Of a DNA stretch of 64,000 bases, positions 17,737 to 26,034 are shown one piece after another. Below the pieces are notes generated by a model. The model was not told the DNA's origin and ran no database searches. It saw only the letters and a list, made by a program, of their open reading frames with translations. Each line of letters begins with the position of its first letter. Position 1 is the first letter of the stretch. The translations under genes were made by a program, and so were the position numbers. The stretch comes from Candidatus Eiseniibacteriota bacterium (GTDB lineage Bacteria > Eisenbacteria > RBG-16-71-46 > JABDJR01 > JAWXBZ01), in assembly GCA_034440375.1 (NCBI GenBank), contig JAWXBZ010000235.1, forward strand, positions 32,788 to 96,787, read 5' to 3'.

Positions 17737-19557
17737 ATGGCGTTGATCAGTCTGAACGACGTGTCCCTCAAGTTTGCCGGGCCCCTTCTGCTTGATCAGG
17801 TCAGTCTTCAGATCGACGAGGGGGAGCGGGTGGGGCTTCTGGGGCGGAACGGCGCCGGCAAGACGACACTGCTCAAGGTGCTGGAGGGCTCTCTGGCGCC
17901 GGATTCGGGCGACGTGGTGCGGCGGCCGGGCCTCCGCGTTGTCAGCCTGCAGCAGGATGTACCGCAGGGCCTGGTCGGCACCGTGGGGGTGTACCTGCAT
18001 CATGTCTGCGGCGCCACGACCAGCGACATCTCCTGGGAGATCGAGCGCCGCATTGATCGGGCGGCCGTTGACCTGTCGCTGGATCTCGACGCCGACATCG
18101 ACACGCTGTCGGTCGGCTCCAAGCGGCGTGTCCTCCTGGCCGCGGCGCTGGTGCGAGATCCGGACATCCTGATCCTGGACGAACCGACGAATCACCTGGA
18201 TGTCGACGCGATCAGTCATCTCGAGGAGGCGCTGGCGCGCCGACGCGGAACGATCGTCTTCGTGACGCACGATCGGACCTTTCTCCAGAACCTGGCTACG
18301 CGCATCCTGGACTTGGATCGCGGCACGCTTCGCAGCTATCGGACGACTTATGACATCTATCTCGAGATGCGCGAAGCGGAGCGGGTGGTCGAAGCGGACC
18401 AGGGAGCTCTCTTCGACAAGCGGCTGGCACAGGAAGAGGCGTGGCTCAGGCAGGGCATCAAGGCGCGACGCACCCGGAACGAGGGGCGCGTCAAGGCGCT
18501 CGAATCGATGCGGGTCGAGCGCGGGGCCCGCCGCGGCGAGGTGGGGCGAGTCCGGGCCACTCTCCAGGAGGCCGAGAAGTCGGGACGCGTCGTGATCCGC
18601 TGCCGGGATTTGACGTTCGCCTACGACGGGATGCCCATTGTTGCCGGATTCACCGGGACGCTCCTTCGCGGCGACCGCATCGGCATACTTGGGCCGAACG
18701 GTTGCGGCAAGACGACGCTGATCGACCTCCTTCTTGGCGACCTGGCACCGCAGGGAGGCACGGTGACCCCGGGCACGAAACTCGAGGTGGCACACTTCGA
18801 GCAGTTGAGCGACTCGCTGGACGACTCGAAGAGTGTCGTCGACAACCTGGCGGAGGGGCGCGACACGATCACGGTGGGGGGTGTCGTCCGGCATGTCGTC
18901 GGCTACCTGCGCGATTTTCTCTTCAGCGGGGACCAGATCCAGGGCCCCGTCCAGAAACTTTCCGGTGGGGAGCGCAAGCGTCTCCAACTGGCCATGATCC
19001 TTTCCCGCCCGTGCAATGTTCTGGTGCTGGACGAACCGACAAACGACCTGGACCTCGAAACGCTCGAGTTGCTGGAGGAGATGCTGCTGGACTTCCAGGG
19101 GACGCTGCTGGTCGTCTCGCACGACCGGACCTTTCTGGACAACGTCGTCACTTCCACGCTGGTCTGGGAGGGAAATGGCGAGTGGAGTGAGTATGCCGGG
19201 GGGTACGCGGATTGGTTGCGCCAGCGGAAGGAGGTTGGGTCGGCGTCGGGATCGAAACCAGCCAAGGCCTCACCGAAGCCATCCAGGCCGTCACCGGATC
19301 AAGTCCGCACCTTGAAACCGCGCCGCACCTCGTTCAAGGAAAAGCGGGAGCTCGAGGAATTGCCCGGCCGGATCGAGCGGTTCGAGGCCGAGAAGCAGAG
19401 CCTCTTTGACCGGATGGCCTCCCCCGATTACTACACGATGAAGGGAGACCAGGTGGCCGAAACGAAGCAACAGCTGGCCGCGGTGGAGGAGGAACTTCAC
19501 CGGGCCTATGAGCGCTGGCAGGAACTGGAATCGTTGGTGACGGGGGAGGAGGGATAG
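17737..19557 (+). CDS. uup: ABC-F ATPase Uup
   Basis: Two ABC domains (GRNGAGKT, GPNGCGKT, LDEPTN), EEAWLRQGIKARRTRNEGRV linker, C-terminal coiled coil. Confidence 0.92.
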   Translation: MALISLNDVSLKFAGPLLLDQVSLQIDEGERVGLLGRNGAGKTTLLKVLEGSLAPDSGDVVRRPGLRVVSLQQDVPQGLVGTVGVYLHHVCGATTSDISWEIERRIDRAAVDLSLDLDADIDTLSVGSKRRVLLAAALVRDPDILILDEPTNHLDVDAISHLEEALARRRGTIVFVTHDRTFLQNLATRILDLDRGTLRSYRTTYDIYLEMREAERVVEADQGALFDKRLAQEEAWLRQGIKARRTRNEGRVKALESMRVERGARRGEVGRVRATLQEAEKSGRVVIRCRDLTFAYDGMPIVAGFTGTLLRGDRIGILGPNGCGKTTLIDLLLGDLAPQGGTVTPGTKLEVAHFEQLSDSLDDSKSVVDNLAEGRDTITVGGVVRHVVGYLRDFLFSGDQIQGPVQKLSGGERKRLQLAMILSRPCNVLVLDEPTNDLDLETLELLEEMLLDFQGTLLVVSHDRTFLDNVVTSTLVWEGNGEWSEYAGGYADWLRQRKEVGSASGSKPAKASPKPSRPSPDQVRTLKPRRTSFKEKRELEELPGRIERFEAEKQSLFDRMASPDYYTMKGDQVAETKQQLAAVEEELHRAYERWQELESLVTGEEG

Positions 19558-19787
19558 ATGCACCTTTCGGACCGTTTGGTATCTCATTGATAGGCAGCGA
19601 ATTATCCGGCATCGCGTCAGAATGGCTTCACACCGACTCGCAGCGGTGCCGGTTGCTTCGCATGTTTGGGTGCGATTTGAGTTAGACATAACTGACAAGA
19701 CTCGGTCCAGACCGAGTTACCGGGCCTCGTTTCGGACGGGCACGGCTGACTTCCGACGATCGAGTGCCGTTGCCGCTTCCAACGTCT

Positions 19788-20333
19788 TCAGCCGTTCGGC
19801 AGCGAGAAGGGCGCGATGACCCCCGTGAGCGTCTCGTCGCCGAGCGCCACGTAGAGCTGCCGGTCGGAGACGGTCAGGTCGAGGATCATCCGGCGCCCCA
19901 ACCGTTGCACCAGGGCCGCCACCAGTTCCCGATCGACGGCGTACAACTCCAGCTCATCCCCGCGATGGATGCGTTCGCCCGTGAGGTGCCGGACGAGGAG
20001 GGAGGGGTCCTTGTGCGTGTACACGGCCACCCGCGGCGACAGCTTGCCGGCCTTGTGCAGGCGCGCCGCATCCGGAACGCCGATCTCGATCCACGACTGG
20101 ATGGTTCCGGTCATGTCCCGCACCGACAGCGCCGGCTCCTCCGGCTCGGACAGTCCTTTCGAGAAGGCGATCCCGTCGGTGTATTCAAGGCAGTAGGCCA
20201 GGACGCGCGTGATTAGATATTCCTCCGACTCGGATGGGTGGCGCGCCACCCGAAGCGCCAGCGATTCGTAGCAACCGCGGTCGACGTCGGACAGTGAAAT
20301 CTCGAAGGTGTGGATCGTGGCGGTCAACGCCAT
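19788..20333 (-). CDS. yaeQ: YaeQ family protein
   Basis: MALTATIH..LSDVDRG.YESL.LRVARHPSES, FSKGLSEPEEPAL, WIEIG.PD. Confidence 0.9.
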   Translation of the reverse strand: MALTATIHTFEISLSDVDRGCYESLALRVARHPSESEEYLITRVLAYCLEYTDGIAFSKGLSEPEEPALSVRDMTGTIQSWIEIGVPDAARLHKAGKLSPRVAVYTHKDPSLLVRHLTGERIHRGDELELYAVDRELVAALVQRLGRRMILDLTVSDRQLYVALGDETLTGVIAPFSLPNG

Positions 20334-20351
20334 GTCGATCCCATCATTGAA

Positions 20352-20891
20352 TCAGATGATCCGCACCACCGTCGCGGTGCCATCGAAGCGAACCGGCAGA
20401 TGTCCATCCTGGAAGGCATAATAGGCGAGCCCGGCCCGCGCCATGAGGAGGACGTCCTGGCCGATCGCCTTGGGCCACAATGAATAGGTACGACTGAGCA
20501 TTCCCGGCTCCGTGTCGCCGCGGAAGTTGATGCAGATCGGGCATCGGGTCGTGGTGGCGAAAGTCGCCATTGCGTCGCCGCAGGCCGTCGCCGGCCAGAT
20601 GTGGATGATGTCAGGCCCGGCACCCAGAATGATGACAGCATGCAGGCCGTCGCCGGCATACCCGACCGGGTGGTAGGAGTGGAGGCTCGCTTCATAAGCT
20701 GCTGGGTAGTCGTCGCAGAGGCACGGGGTGGCGCTGCAATCGGTGACCGCGGTGGGGACCCCTGTCCCGATTCCCTGCAGGGGGCGCTGTGGCGCCACCA
20801 GTTGCTCCCCATGGCCGCAACCGATGAGGACGAGGAGGCCAATGCTCCAGTGTCGCAGGAGCAGGCCAATGCTCGGGTGTAAGAGGGCCAC
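20352..20891 (-). CDS. Hypothetical Cys-rich lipoprotein
   Basis: LLVLIGCG lipobox-like; start uncertain (GTG 20891); no family recognised. Confidence 0.45.
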   Translation of the reverse strand: MALLHPSIGLLLRHWSIGLLVLIGCGHGEQLVAPQRPLQGIGTGVPTAVTDCSATPCLCDDYPAAYEASLHSYHPVGYAGDGLHAVIILGAGPDIIHIWPATACGDAMATFATTTRCPICINFRGDTEPGMLSRTYSLWPKAIGQDVLLMARAGLAYYAFQDGHLPVRFDGTATVVRII

Positions 20892-21055
20892 GGATCTTCC
20901 CCCCGGAGGATCTCCGGCCGATCGGCGTGATCGGCCCGCTGGTATACATCGCAAGAATCGGACCACCGAAAGTTAGAATGCCGAGGCCGTGGAAGGGCAC
21001 CGCGCGCGTCCAGCGGGTAAGGATGGGGTGATGCCGGGGAGGGAGCCGATCAGAA

Positions 21056-21088
21056 TGACAGGCCACCCCGCCAGCGGGGTGTGTCATC
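21056..21088. terminator. GC-rich hairpin after the 585-aa gene
   Basis: CACCCCGC-CA-GCGGGGTG with ATGACA/TGTCAT outer arms; no U-tract. Confidence 0.4.
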
Positions 21089-21106
21089 TCTTCCGACCGC
21101 CGATCC

Positions 21107-22864
21107 TTAGCGATCCTGCAACTCCGGCACCGGCATGACCTCCGTGGATGGCAGGAGGCCGATTTCGGCGCTGGTCCAGAGCATCCGGTCGTAGCTGTTG
21201 GTCCGGTTGGGTCCCGGTGCGATGGCCACGGTGGTATTGAGAATCATGACCGAGTGGGAGACGCGGGTCGGCAGCGTGACGGAGGGCAGAAGTCGCTCGG
21301 GCATCCGGATCTTGATTCCCGCTTCGCCGAGCGCCTTGAGCTTTTGGATAACGCCGTCCGGGTCGAGCAACATGCCGCAGCGCGACAGTCGATCCTGCGT
21401 GGCCAGGCTGGCCCGAACCGCCGCCCATGAGTCATCCGTGAGCGTCATGGCGATGGGGTGGCGGTCCCGTCGGAGACTCGTTCGAAGGGAGATTCCCCCG
21501 GGAGTGTCGACCAGGCTGACCACCCCGGCAAGGCCATGATCCTGCGGCAGGACTCGGGCGGCCACATGGACCGTGTCACGAAATCCGTGGCAGAGGATCG
21601 AGATCAACTTTTTCGGTTTCCAGGCGAAATCAAAGGTCATTCGGCCGCTCCCCGATTCAATATGGGTCGGCACGCGGAGTGAGATAATGCCCTCCTGGCC
21701 CACGTCGACCCGGGGTCGGCCGGCCCTGAGGATGCCGCGCAGCCCTTCGACCTGGAGGTTGATCGACCAGCCGCCGGCGTTGATCCTGCCGATGGGCGTC
21801 CCGACCCGGAGCGAACCGGTTTCCTCCTCCTGGATGGCGGCTTCCATGTCGACCTCGACCCGGTCCAGGTAGCGTGTTGCCACCTGCTCCAACATGGCGT
21901 CGAGCAATCCTTCGCTGGTGCCGACGGTCACGCCGGCCTTGTCGGTCATCATTTTCTGGAGGACGAGGTCCTGCCGGAAGCGATAATCGAGGCTGTCACG
22001 CAGCGCGGTTTCCTGATCGACGGAGGGAGCCGCCCGGCGCTTCAAGGCTTGTTTCACCGGCCGGGTGGCCCGGACTCGGCCCACGGACGCCGCGCTGCGG
22101 GCGGCGGCCGAATCGAGTCGGTCGGCACTCAGGAGTTGGACCGGAATCCAGAGACGATCAAAGAGGGCCACCGGTGCGCCAACCGACACATCGAGCGGAA
22201 TTGAGGCCGGCTCAATCTTGACGGGCAGATCGAGTTTTTCGTCCGACGCCAGATCGGGCAGCGCCAACCGATCGGCCACCCGGATCGGAATTTCAATCTC
22301 GTAATTTACCCCTTCGAAGTTTCGTGCCCCGAGTCGGGCGAGGTCGCTGATGAAGCCGCGCCATCCGACGGGCTTGACGCCGGTCGGCTGCGATTCAACG
22401 GCGAGCACCCGGGAGCGCGCCCGGAGAATTCCGTCGGCAGCCTCGAAGCTGATCGACTCGATGACTCCCTCGACCTGAACGGTCATGGTGGGCGCGGGCG
22501 CGGGGCGTCCGGAGCCATCGGTTGGGCCGGCCGTGCCGCTCAGGTGCAGGAGGGGGAGGCCGTCATTGAACTCAACCTGTACCGCCTCCAACCGGACGAG
22601 AAGCTGTCCCTTGACAACCTGCTCGAATGGTAGTGCGGCCGCAAGAAGCCGCTGGATCACTTCCTCGTGGATGACCAGCAGCGATTGATCGCGATCGATG
22701 AGTTGGCTCGCGGCCGGGCGGGCCAGGAGTTCCTGCATCGCTTCGATCCGTTTTGCGGCGAGTACGGTTTCGCGCGGTTCGTCCCGCCGGAATCGGGCGC
22801 AACCCATGAAGCACAGCGACAACGCGCAGAACACCAGGAGGACGCGTCCGGCGTGCCGATTCAA
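21107..22864 (-). CDS. Hypothetical large lipoprotein
   Basis: Signal with FMGC lipobox; beta-rich; 4 nt downstream of cyclophilin. Confidence 0.65.
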   Translation of the reverse strand: MNRHAGRVLLVFCALSLCFMGCARFRRDEPRETVLAAKRIEAMQELLARPAASQLIDRDQSLLVIHEEVIQRLLAAALPFEQVVKGQLLVRLEAVQVEFNDGLPLLHLSGTAGPTDGSGRPAPAPTMTVQVEGVIESISFEAADGILRARSRVLAVESQPTGVKPVGWRGFISDLARLGARNFEGVNYEIEIPIRVADRLALPDLASDEKLDLPVKIEPASIPLDVSVGAPVALFDRLWIPVQLLSADRLDSAAARSAASVGRVRATRPVKQALKRRAAPSVDQETALRDSLDYRFRQDLVLQKMMTDKAGVTVGTSEGLLDAMLEQVATRYLDRVEVDMEAAIQEEETGSLRVGTPIGRINAGGWSINLQVEGLRGILRAGRPRVDVGQEGIISLRVPTHIESGSGRMTFDFAWKPKKLISILCHGFRDTVHVAARVLPQDHGLAGVVSLVDTPGGISLRTSLRRDRHPIAMTLTDDSWAAVRASLATQDRLSRCGMLLDPDGVIQKLKALGEAGIKIRMPERLLPSVTLPTRVSHSVMILNTTVAIAPGPNRTNSYDRMLWTSAEIGLLPSTEVMPVPELQDR

Positions 22865-22868
22865 TTGA

Positions 22869-23564
22869 TCAATCCACCAGTCGCGCGGACTGAATGTAGT
22901 CGAGCCTTGGAAAACCGTCGATCAAGTAGGCATTTCCTTCCGTCTGGATGCGTCCCTGGTCGGGGCCAAGCCCTCTTGGCATGCCCTCACCATACCCCTT
23001 GTAGAGTCGATCGACGACCTCCATGCCGATCGCCACCTGCCCGAACGGCGTGAAACCCTGAGAGTCGATCGCGGCGTTGTCCTTGAGGTTGATGAAGAGC
23101 TGGGTCGTTCGGCTGTCGGGCGCTCCTGTTTTGGAGAAGGTGATGTAGCCGCGCTTGTTGCTCTGCCGGTCGGCCCCCGCGGGCGTGTCATCCGGGATGG
23201 TGGCCTCTCGCCAGTGGCGCTGGATGATCGGGTCGCCGTTGATTCCGAACTGGGCCACGAAGTTTTCAATTACACGGAAAAAACGGACATCGTCATAGTA
23301 TCCGTGCTTCACCAGATTGTAAAAGCGATCGGCACCGCTCGGCGACCAGGCCCGGGTTACCAGGACGGTGAATCTCCCCTGGCTGGTCGTGACATGAACC
23401 GCGAAGATTGCCGGAGCCCGGTCGGTCAGCTGCGACGGATCGATCAACAGGCTCCGGTCGACCTTCATCGATTCGGTGGGGGAGTCCGACTGGCAGCCGA
23501 AGCCCGAGTTCATGCCAAGGACAAGCAGTAACAGAAGGGTGATCCCGCGCCGGCCGGGCAACAT
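22869..23564 (-). CDS. Cyclophilin-type PPIase, lipoprotein
   Basis: ADRFYNLV, RFFRVIENFVAQFGI, RTTQLFINL, GFTPFGQV; GFGC lipobox; TGATG overlap with upstream gene. Confidence 0.9.
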   Translation of the reverse strand: MLPGRRGITLLLLLVLGMNSGFGCQSDSPTESMKVDRSLLIDPSQLTDRAPAIFAVHVTTSQGRFTVLVTRAWSPSGADRFYNLVKHGYYDDVRFFRVIENFVAQFGINGDPIIQRHWREATIPDDTPAGADRQSNKRGYITFSKTGAPDSRTTQLFINLKDNAAIDSQGFTPFGQVAIGMEVVDRLYKGYGEGMPRGLGPDQGRIQTEGNAYLIDGFPRLDYIQSARLVD

Positions 23565-24535
23565 CACCCCGGCGCGATGGCGTCCAGCGCCCGCTTCATT
23601 TCTGCGCGGATGGCAGCGTCCGCACCGGCGGGCCAGGCCGACGGATCGTCGCGGATGAAGGTGGTCAGGTCGTTTCGGTTGTCGAAACGGGTGACCGGGA
23701 GGTGATAGCTCTTGCCCCGCGTGTCGACCCGAACGGTACCCGGCTCGCCGCTCGTCTCGATCAGGTGCGCCATGTCGTCGGTGCCGTAGTCGCCGAGCAT
23801 GACCTTGATGGGGACGCCGTGGTGAAGGATGGAGGCGTCGCCGTCGCGGCCGGGTTTGGCGCGCTCCTCGTTCTTGCGGCGCGATTCCTCGGGCGTGACC
23901 CAGATATAGAGAATGGCGGCCCGGCCGAGGATATGGTCCGACAGGCGCCCGAAGCTGTACTGATACCCGTACGGCGGGGTCAGCGGCATCGAGGAATTCT
24001 GGGGGCCGCCGCGCGCAAATTCGATGACGATCGTCCTCCCCTCGAGCGAATCGGGTATGCCGGCCATTTTGTCGTTCAAGAGTTGTCGCGCCTCGGGTTC
24101 CAGCGCGGACTCGAGACGCTTCCGCAACTCCGGGGGCAGCTTGCCGAGTGCCGGTTCCGCCCCGACCTTGATGCGAGCCGCGTCCAGTCGGTCCAGCAGC
24201 CACCCGGCGGCGGATGGCGGGTTGATCGCGGGCCTGGCGTGGAGGTCCTCGTAGTCCTCGTTAATCAGCTCGATCAACGTACCCCAGTCGAGCGACTCCT
24301 GAAACGGCTCCAGCCCCGATGGAAAGAAGATTGGGTCGTGGCCGGCGTGAGTCAGTTCCTCCGAGATGCGCCGCATCATGTGGACGTACGGGTAGTCGTC
24401 GAGCTGGACCGTTTCGCCCATGTGAAAATCCCGCGACTGGGACACAAAGTCCTGCATCGCCAGCCACCGCCGGACCTCGGACTTACCCGAGGCCGGCAGG
24501 GCTGTCAGCAGCAATGTGTCGAAATTTCGACTCAC
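23564..24535 (-). CDS. Uncharacterised P-loop kinase-like protein
   Basis: N-terminal LLLTALPASGKSE Walker A variant, TIVIEFARG, ILYIWVTPEESRRKN (NMP-kinase-like layout). Confidence 0.7.
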   Translation of the reverse strand: MSRNFDTLLLTALPASGKSEVRRWLAMQDFVSQSRDFHMGETVQLDDYPYVHMMRRISEELTHAGHDPIFFPSGLEPFQESLDWGTLIELINEDYEDLHARPAINPPSAAGWLLDRLDAARIKVGAEPALGKLPPELRKRLESALEPEARQLLNDKMAGIPDSLEGRTIVIEFARGGPQNSSMPLTPPYGYQYSFGRLSDHILGRAAILYIWVTPEESRRKNEERAKPGRDGDASILHHGVPIKVMLGDYGTDDMAHLIETSGEPGTVRVDTRGKSYHLPVTRFDNRNDLTTFIRDDPSAWPAGADAAIRAEMKRALDAIAPG

Positions 24536-24561
24536 GCCTGGCTTCTCCCGATGGGGGGGTA

Positions 24562-25278
24562 CTACTTTGAGATGCGAGCGGTTTTGATGTAGTCCATCTT
24601 CGGGAAGTCCTTGTTCAGGTAGGCATTCCCTTCCGCCTGGAGGCGTCCCTGATCGGGGCCCTGGCCGCGCGGTGCACCTTCGCCATATCCCTTGTAGAGC
24701 TTGTCGACGACTTCCATGCCGCTGGTCACCTGCCCGAACGGCGTGAAACCCTGCGAGTCGAGCATGGAGTTGTCCTTGAAGTTGATGAAGAGCTGTGTGG
24801 AGCGGCTGTCGGGAGCGCCGGTCTTGGCGAAGGTCAGGAAACCACGCTTGTTGCTCTGCTTGTTCGGCGCGGTCGGGGCGTCATCCTTGATGCTGGCCTC
24901 GCGCCAATGTCCCTGGAGGGTCGGGTCGCCGTTGATGCCAAACTGGGCCATGAAGTTCTCGATGACACGGAAAAAGCGGATATCGTCGTAGAAGCCGTTC
25001 TTCACCAGGTTGTAGAAACGGTCGGCGCCGTTGGGCGACCAGGCCCTTGTTACGGAAACGGTGAAATTGCCCTGGCTGGTGACGAAATCGGCCTTGAAGG
25101 TGGCCGGGGCCTGCTCGCTGCACTTCGATGGATCCGTCAGCATGCTCTTGTCGATCTCCTTGGACTTCGAGGTCTTCGGCTGGGAAGCCGGGGGTGCGGC
25201 CGCGTAGGTCACGCAGGCAGCCGTGACGAGCAGGGCGGTTGACAGCGCGAGCCGGGTGGCGAATCGAATACGGGACAT
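24562..25278 (-). CDS. Secreted cyclophilin-type PPIase
   Basis: Same motifs as 22869-23564; AGGAG RBS; signal peptide. Confidence 0.92.
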   Translation of the reverse strand: MSRIRFATRLALSTALLVTAACVTYAAAPPASQPKTSKSKEIDKSMLTDPSKCSEQAPATFKADFVTSQGNFTVSVTRAWSPNGADRFYNLVKNGFYDDIRFFRVIENFMAQFGINGDPTLQGHWREASIKDDAPTAPNKQSNKRGFLTFAKTGAPDSRSTQLFINFKDNSMLDSQGFTPFGQVTSGMEVVDKLYKGYGEGAPRGQGPDQGRLQAEGNAYLNKDFPKMDYIKTARISK

Positions 25279-25427
25279 CGGCATACTCCTCGGCCAAATG
25301 GCCGGATAGGGAAATTGTTGGACGAGACGAAGCCGGGGAAGACTACCCCAGCGTGCGGTCCGGTGGTACCCCCTGGAGCCCCGAAAGGTTTCGGGCAAAC
25401 GTCGGTTTCGGGAGGCCCCGGGAGCGA

Positions 25428-26009
25428 TCAGCCGGTCCTGGGGGGCATGGCGTCGAGGAGCGCTCGAAAGTCGACCCGGCCGCGATTTCTGGCCTGCAGG
25501 ACGTCCGCCAGCGCCGTCGAGAGGCCGGTCGCGCCGGACTTGTCCGACACGTGGACAGTCGGGGTGGAAGGCGTAAGAATCACCCCGGCCCCCACACGGG
25601 CGCCGGCCTCATCGCGGCACCGGACAAGCCGTCCGGGGGCGCGCCCCTCACAGGCCAGGAAGAGTCCGGCGTCGGGTTCGTAGCCGTCTGGAACGGTCAT
25701 GCGCAGCGAAAAGCTCAGGATGGAAGCCGCTTCGAGCCACGCGTGCAGGTCCGGCGTAGCCGGACCGACCCAGGCCACGGTCAGGTCCTCGAGAGAGTGG
25801 CCATCCTGGCGCAACTGGTGAAGTGATCGAAGCACACTCCACGACTCGTCGCTGAGCCGATGGCTGGCAGTTGTCACTTCGGCGTCCGACACCGCCGGGT
25901 CGAGGTGACGCGGTGCGCCTCCGTCGAGTTCGTCGGCGCGATCGAACAGGCCGAGAATCTCCTCGCGAGAAAAATCGGCCAGGCAGAGCTCAAGGCTGGA
26001 TCGGGTCAT
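25428..26009 (-). CDS. Degenerate, shortened ornithine carbamoyltransferase-like protein
   Basis: LADFSREEILGLFDRADEL, LTVAWVG, PDGYEPD, QARNR..ALL echo ArgF; STRT, HPCQ, SMG and HCLP absent; AAGGAG RBS. Confidence 0.7.
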   Translation of the reverse strand: MTRSSLELCLADFSREEILGLFDRADELDGGAPRHLDPAVSDAEVTTASHRLSDESWSVLRSLHQLRQDGHSLEDLTVAWVGPATPDLHAWLEAASILSFSLRMTVPDGYEPDAGLFLACEGRAPGRLVRCRDEAGARVGAGVILTPSTPTVHVSDKSGATGLSTALADVLQARNRGRVDFRALLDAMPPRTG

Positions 26010-26034
26010 GGCGTCACTCTCCTTTCAAGACCGG

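Noticed and set aside
23565-24203. N-terminal extension of the 444-aa ORF as a fusion
   Set aside because: Alternate frame of the P-loop gene; the cyclophilin starts at 23564
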